Shown piece after piece: positions 51,280-54,300 of a DNA stretch of 54,300 nt. The stretch covers positions 102,228,186 to 102,282,485 of the forward strand of contig NC_068985.1 in NCBI RefSeq assembly GCF_001194135.2, read 5' to 3'. The stretch comes from Octopus bimaculoides. Lineage: Eukaryota. The notes below the pieces were generated by a model. The model searched no databases. It was not told the origin of the DNA and saw nothing but the letters and a program-made list of their open reading frames with translations. Numbering within the stretch: the stretch's first letter is position 1; each line of letters begins with the position of its first letter. The position numbers were made by a program, and so were the translations under genes.

Positions 51280-52070
51280 ACGAAATACAGATGGAAAGAC
51301 CAAATGGAATAGAGTGATTGCGAAAGAGGTGTGTGTTTGTGTATGAACGTGTAGATCTGCAAGATATATGGGTGTGTATGAGAAAAGTATGAGAGAAAAG
51401 AGAGGAAAGCATTAAATAGATTGCAAAAGAAATAATAGACGATAGAAATAATGATATAAAGGAAGTCGGAACGACGAGGTAGAAAAAAATAAAGAATCGA
51501 CAAGGAAATGTTAAAATAAATATAGATCAAAATATAAGTAAATAATAACACGAGACCAAATAAAAAGATGTGAAGGGAAAGAAAAATATAGGATAAGAGG
51601 GTAAATAAATGAAGAATACAAACATGGTGATAAAAGAAAAATTCTATAAGAGAAAATAGAAGACTGCGAAGAAACAAACAGAACGAAAAAGTTAAGTTCG
51701 TAGTAAGTTAGAAAAAAAAAATGTAAATTGCTAGAAAGTTGTAATGACAAAATTCAAATAAGAAAGAATGGAATATGTAGTAAGATAATATCAGTGGAGA
51801 GATGATAAGACATAAATGTAAAATGAAAGCAAATGTAAGTATCAATAGGGAGAGATGATTGCAAAATGCAGGGAATATAAAAGAAGGAAAACGGATGTGA
51901 CTACACAAATGAAAAATAATGAAAGATGAATGAAAATTCGTGAAAGGAAAACGATAAAATGGGAACTAAAAGCTGCTAAAATAAAGATGAAAGCATGTGA
52001 ACATAGAAGACAATTACCACAGACAAATATGAACAGAAAGTGGTGATATCTGATAAATATACCAACCAAC
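51280..52070. repeat. A/G-rich low-complexity region
   Basis: Strong purine skew; gives F/L/S/I-rich spurious minus-strand ORFs. Confidence 0.7.
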
Positions 52071-52631
52071 ATTTCTATATACACACATATATGTAAGTGT
52101 GTGTGTATGTCTGCGCTTGAGCGTTTGTGTGTGTTTGCGTGTGTAAACATATTCTAGAGCGTTCAATTGGCAAGATAATGTTCTTTACTGAAAAATAGGG
52201 GACGAGTGCAATGCAGACTATTTTCTTTTTCCTTTTATAATTAAAGCATACACACGCACACACATCTATAACTCTGTGTGTGTGTGTGCGTGTGTGTGTG
52301 TTGCATGCATCTATGTATGCATGTATGTATATTTTATTGTTATAATCCTTTGCAAATTGAACCACGACAGTTCTTTTTTTTTTTTGTTTGATTTATTCAA
52401 TTTGATTTATTCAATTTGATCGACAGATTTGTATATCTTTGTCTAATGTGCAAAACTCTAATTTCTTGATATTTGAAGAGGATGAAATAAGCTGACAACT
52501 TTCAACACGAGGTTCCCGAAATAAGTAGGGACATTTTATGCAATGCAAGAGAAACTGAAATATAAATATACAGCTGGTTGTTCCACTGAAGCTATAGCAA
52601 GATCATTTCGAATTATAATATTGATGCATTA

Positions 52632-52666
52632 CTCTCTCTCTCATCTTTCAGTCTCTCTCTTTCTCA

Positions 52667-52706
<40 letters not shown>

Positions 52707-52778
52707 TCTCTCTCTCTCATCTCTCAGTCTCTCTATCTCTCTCAGTATCTCTCTCTCTTTCTATCTCTCTCACTCTCT
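52632..52778. repeat. Imperfect (TC)n microsatellite
   Basis: Direct reading. Confidence 0.9.
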
Positions 52779-52844
52779 TGAGTGTACATACCCATATATA
52801 TCTATACGCATATTTTATATAGGTGTGAATGTTGATGTAACATA

Positions 52845-53230
52845 GGCGTAGGAGTGGCTGTGTGGTTAGTAGCTTGCTTACCAACCACGTGGTTCCGGAT
52901 TCAGTCCCACTGCGTGGCACATTGGGCAAGTCTCTTCAACTATTGCCTCGGGTCGACCAAAGCTTTGAGTGGATTTGGTAGACGGAAACTGAAAGAAGCC
53001 TGTCGTATATATGTATATATATATATGGATGAGTGTGTATATGTTTGTGTGTCTGTGTTTGTCCCCCCAACATCGCTTGACAAACGACGCTGTTCGGCAA
53101 AAGAGTCCGATAGAATATGTACAAGGCTTACAAAGAATAAGTTTTGGAGTCGATTTGCTCGACTATAGGCGGTGCTCCAGCATGGCCACAGTCACATTAC
53201 TGAAACAAGTAAAAGAGTAAAAGAGTAATA
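52845..53230 (+). mobile_element. SINE family B, near full length (tRNA head, CORE-like segment, internal (TA)n(TG)n, AAAAGAGT tandem tail)
   Basis: A box TGGCTGTGTGG, B-box-like GGATTCAGTCCC, cacattgggcaagt CORE-like motif, tail gcggtgctccagcatggccacag...aaaagagtaaaagagt; four other copies in the window. Confidence 0.92.
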
Positions 53231-53395
53231 TCTATTATGTAACTAACACGATTATGAAACAGCTGTATACGAATGGAACAAACATCTAAACTTCTACTTA
53301 AATTCCTTATCTGTGCTATTTATATACGCATACAGACACTCAAACAGACACACGCACTCACACACTCCCTCCCTCACACACACACACATACACAG

Positions 53396-53427
<32 letters not shown>

Positions 53428-54300
53428 GCACGCACCGGACATAGTCACACACACACATGTAGTGAGAGAGAAAGAGACGTAGACTACCTGAGGTAGACGG
53501 ACAAAGTTAGGCTACCTGATGTAAGATATACAACAGATTTTAAAGCATTGTACTATATACAGTGTTGCGGGGAAAGTAGATATAAAGCTGCTTAAGTGTG
53601 AGTGACATTATATTTCTATTTCTTGATTACGTAGAGAAATAAAAAGAACATTCCGCTCATATTAAGCAACTGTATACCAACCTACCCTGTACTTTTCTGT
53701 ATTACATTTTGTCTCCTTGTCTAGTATAAACAGTATGTATTATGTCGTTTTGGTTTTAATAAATTATAAACTTCCCTCGACTAAATTGCTTCTGTCTGTC
53801 TAGTCAATACAAATGAAAACATAAGTGCATATTCATATGTTTCTATTCTCAAGCATGAAGCACATCAATAAACCAAAGTTGCTATTTAATAATATGAAAG
53901 TTCACTACGTAAACTTATTTTTATGATTCATTCTCTACTTCGACAGTGTTCTACCAACAAATTACTTTTCAATTTGGTTTTCTTTCCATTTATATTTTCC
54001 TTGTTAGTTCTAGTATGTAGTTCGGTGTTTTTTTTTATTAGCGAGGGTTATTTCTTTCTACTTCTCCATGATTCTTATTTCTGAATCACATGGAGGATAT
54101 ATCTTACTCTCGTACATTTTTACCTCCTCGCTTACTGTCTGTCACTCCTCTTTCTATTTCTTCCTAACTCTTCTTCATTCTGTTTTTTTCACCTTTTCCT
54201 CCACATAATCCTTTGCACTGATATAGACTGTCCACCCTCCCCAATCTACACAAATTTCGATATCTCTGACCCATTTATTTCCTTCCCCAGTGTTTCGTTC

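Noticed and set aside
52845-52920. tRNA-like sequence (also 14420-14491 and 35398-35485)
   Set aside because: A/B boxes only, no complete cloverleaf, multi-copy with SINE bodies; these are SINE heads, not tRNA genes.

Overview
This is AT-rich eukaryotic (animal) genomic DNA from a gapped short-read assembly, with 17 N-runs, most of them next to microsatellites. It has no prokaryotic features, no CRISPR array, no rRNA or true tRNA gene and no intact long CDS; nearly all ORF-track entries are microsatellite or N artefacts. The repeat set resembles the tRNA-derived SINEs I recall from Octopus/coleoid cephalopods (inference). The window reads as intronic or intergenic DNA containing: (i) about 20 copies or fragments of three tRNA-headed SINE families; (ii) six 3' remnants of R4/Dong-like non-LTR retrotransposons with a restriction-like endonuclease (RLE), four of them packed co-directionally in 46.5-49.9 kb, with five 3' ends running into (AAT)n or (GAT)n; (iii) a DINE-1/HINE-like Helentron derivative, a Tc1/mariner MITE, and two fold-back elements; (iv) several low-confidence candidate exons that I cannot assign to a known gene. 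These include a phase-compatible minus-strand pair (9376-9227, 8908-8756) and a plus-strand 241-nt exon-like island with one in-frame TGA. No clearly novel system is demonstrated. The best leads are the microsatellite-associated RLE-LINE cluster and the TGA-interrupted exon candidate.
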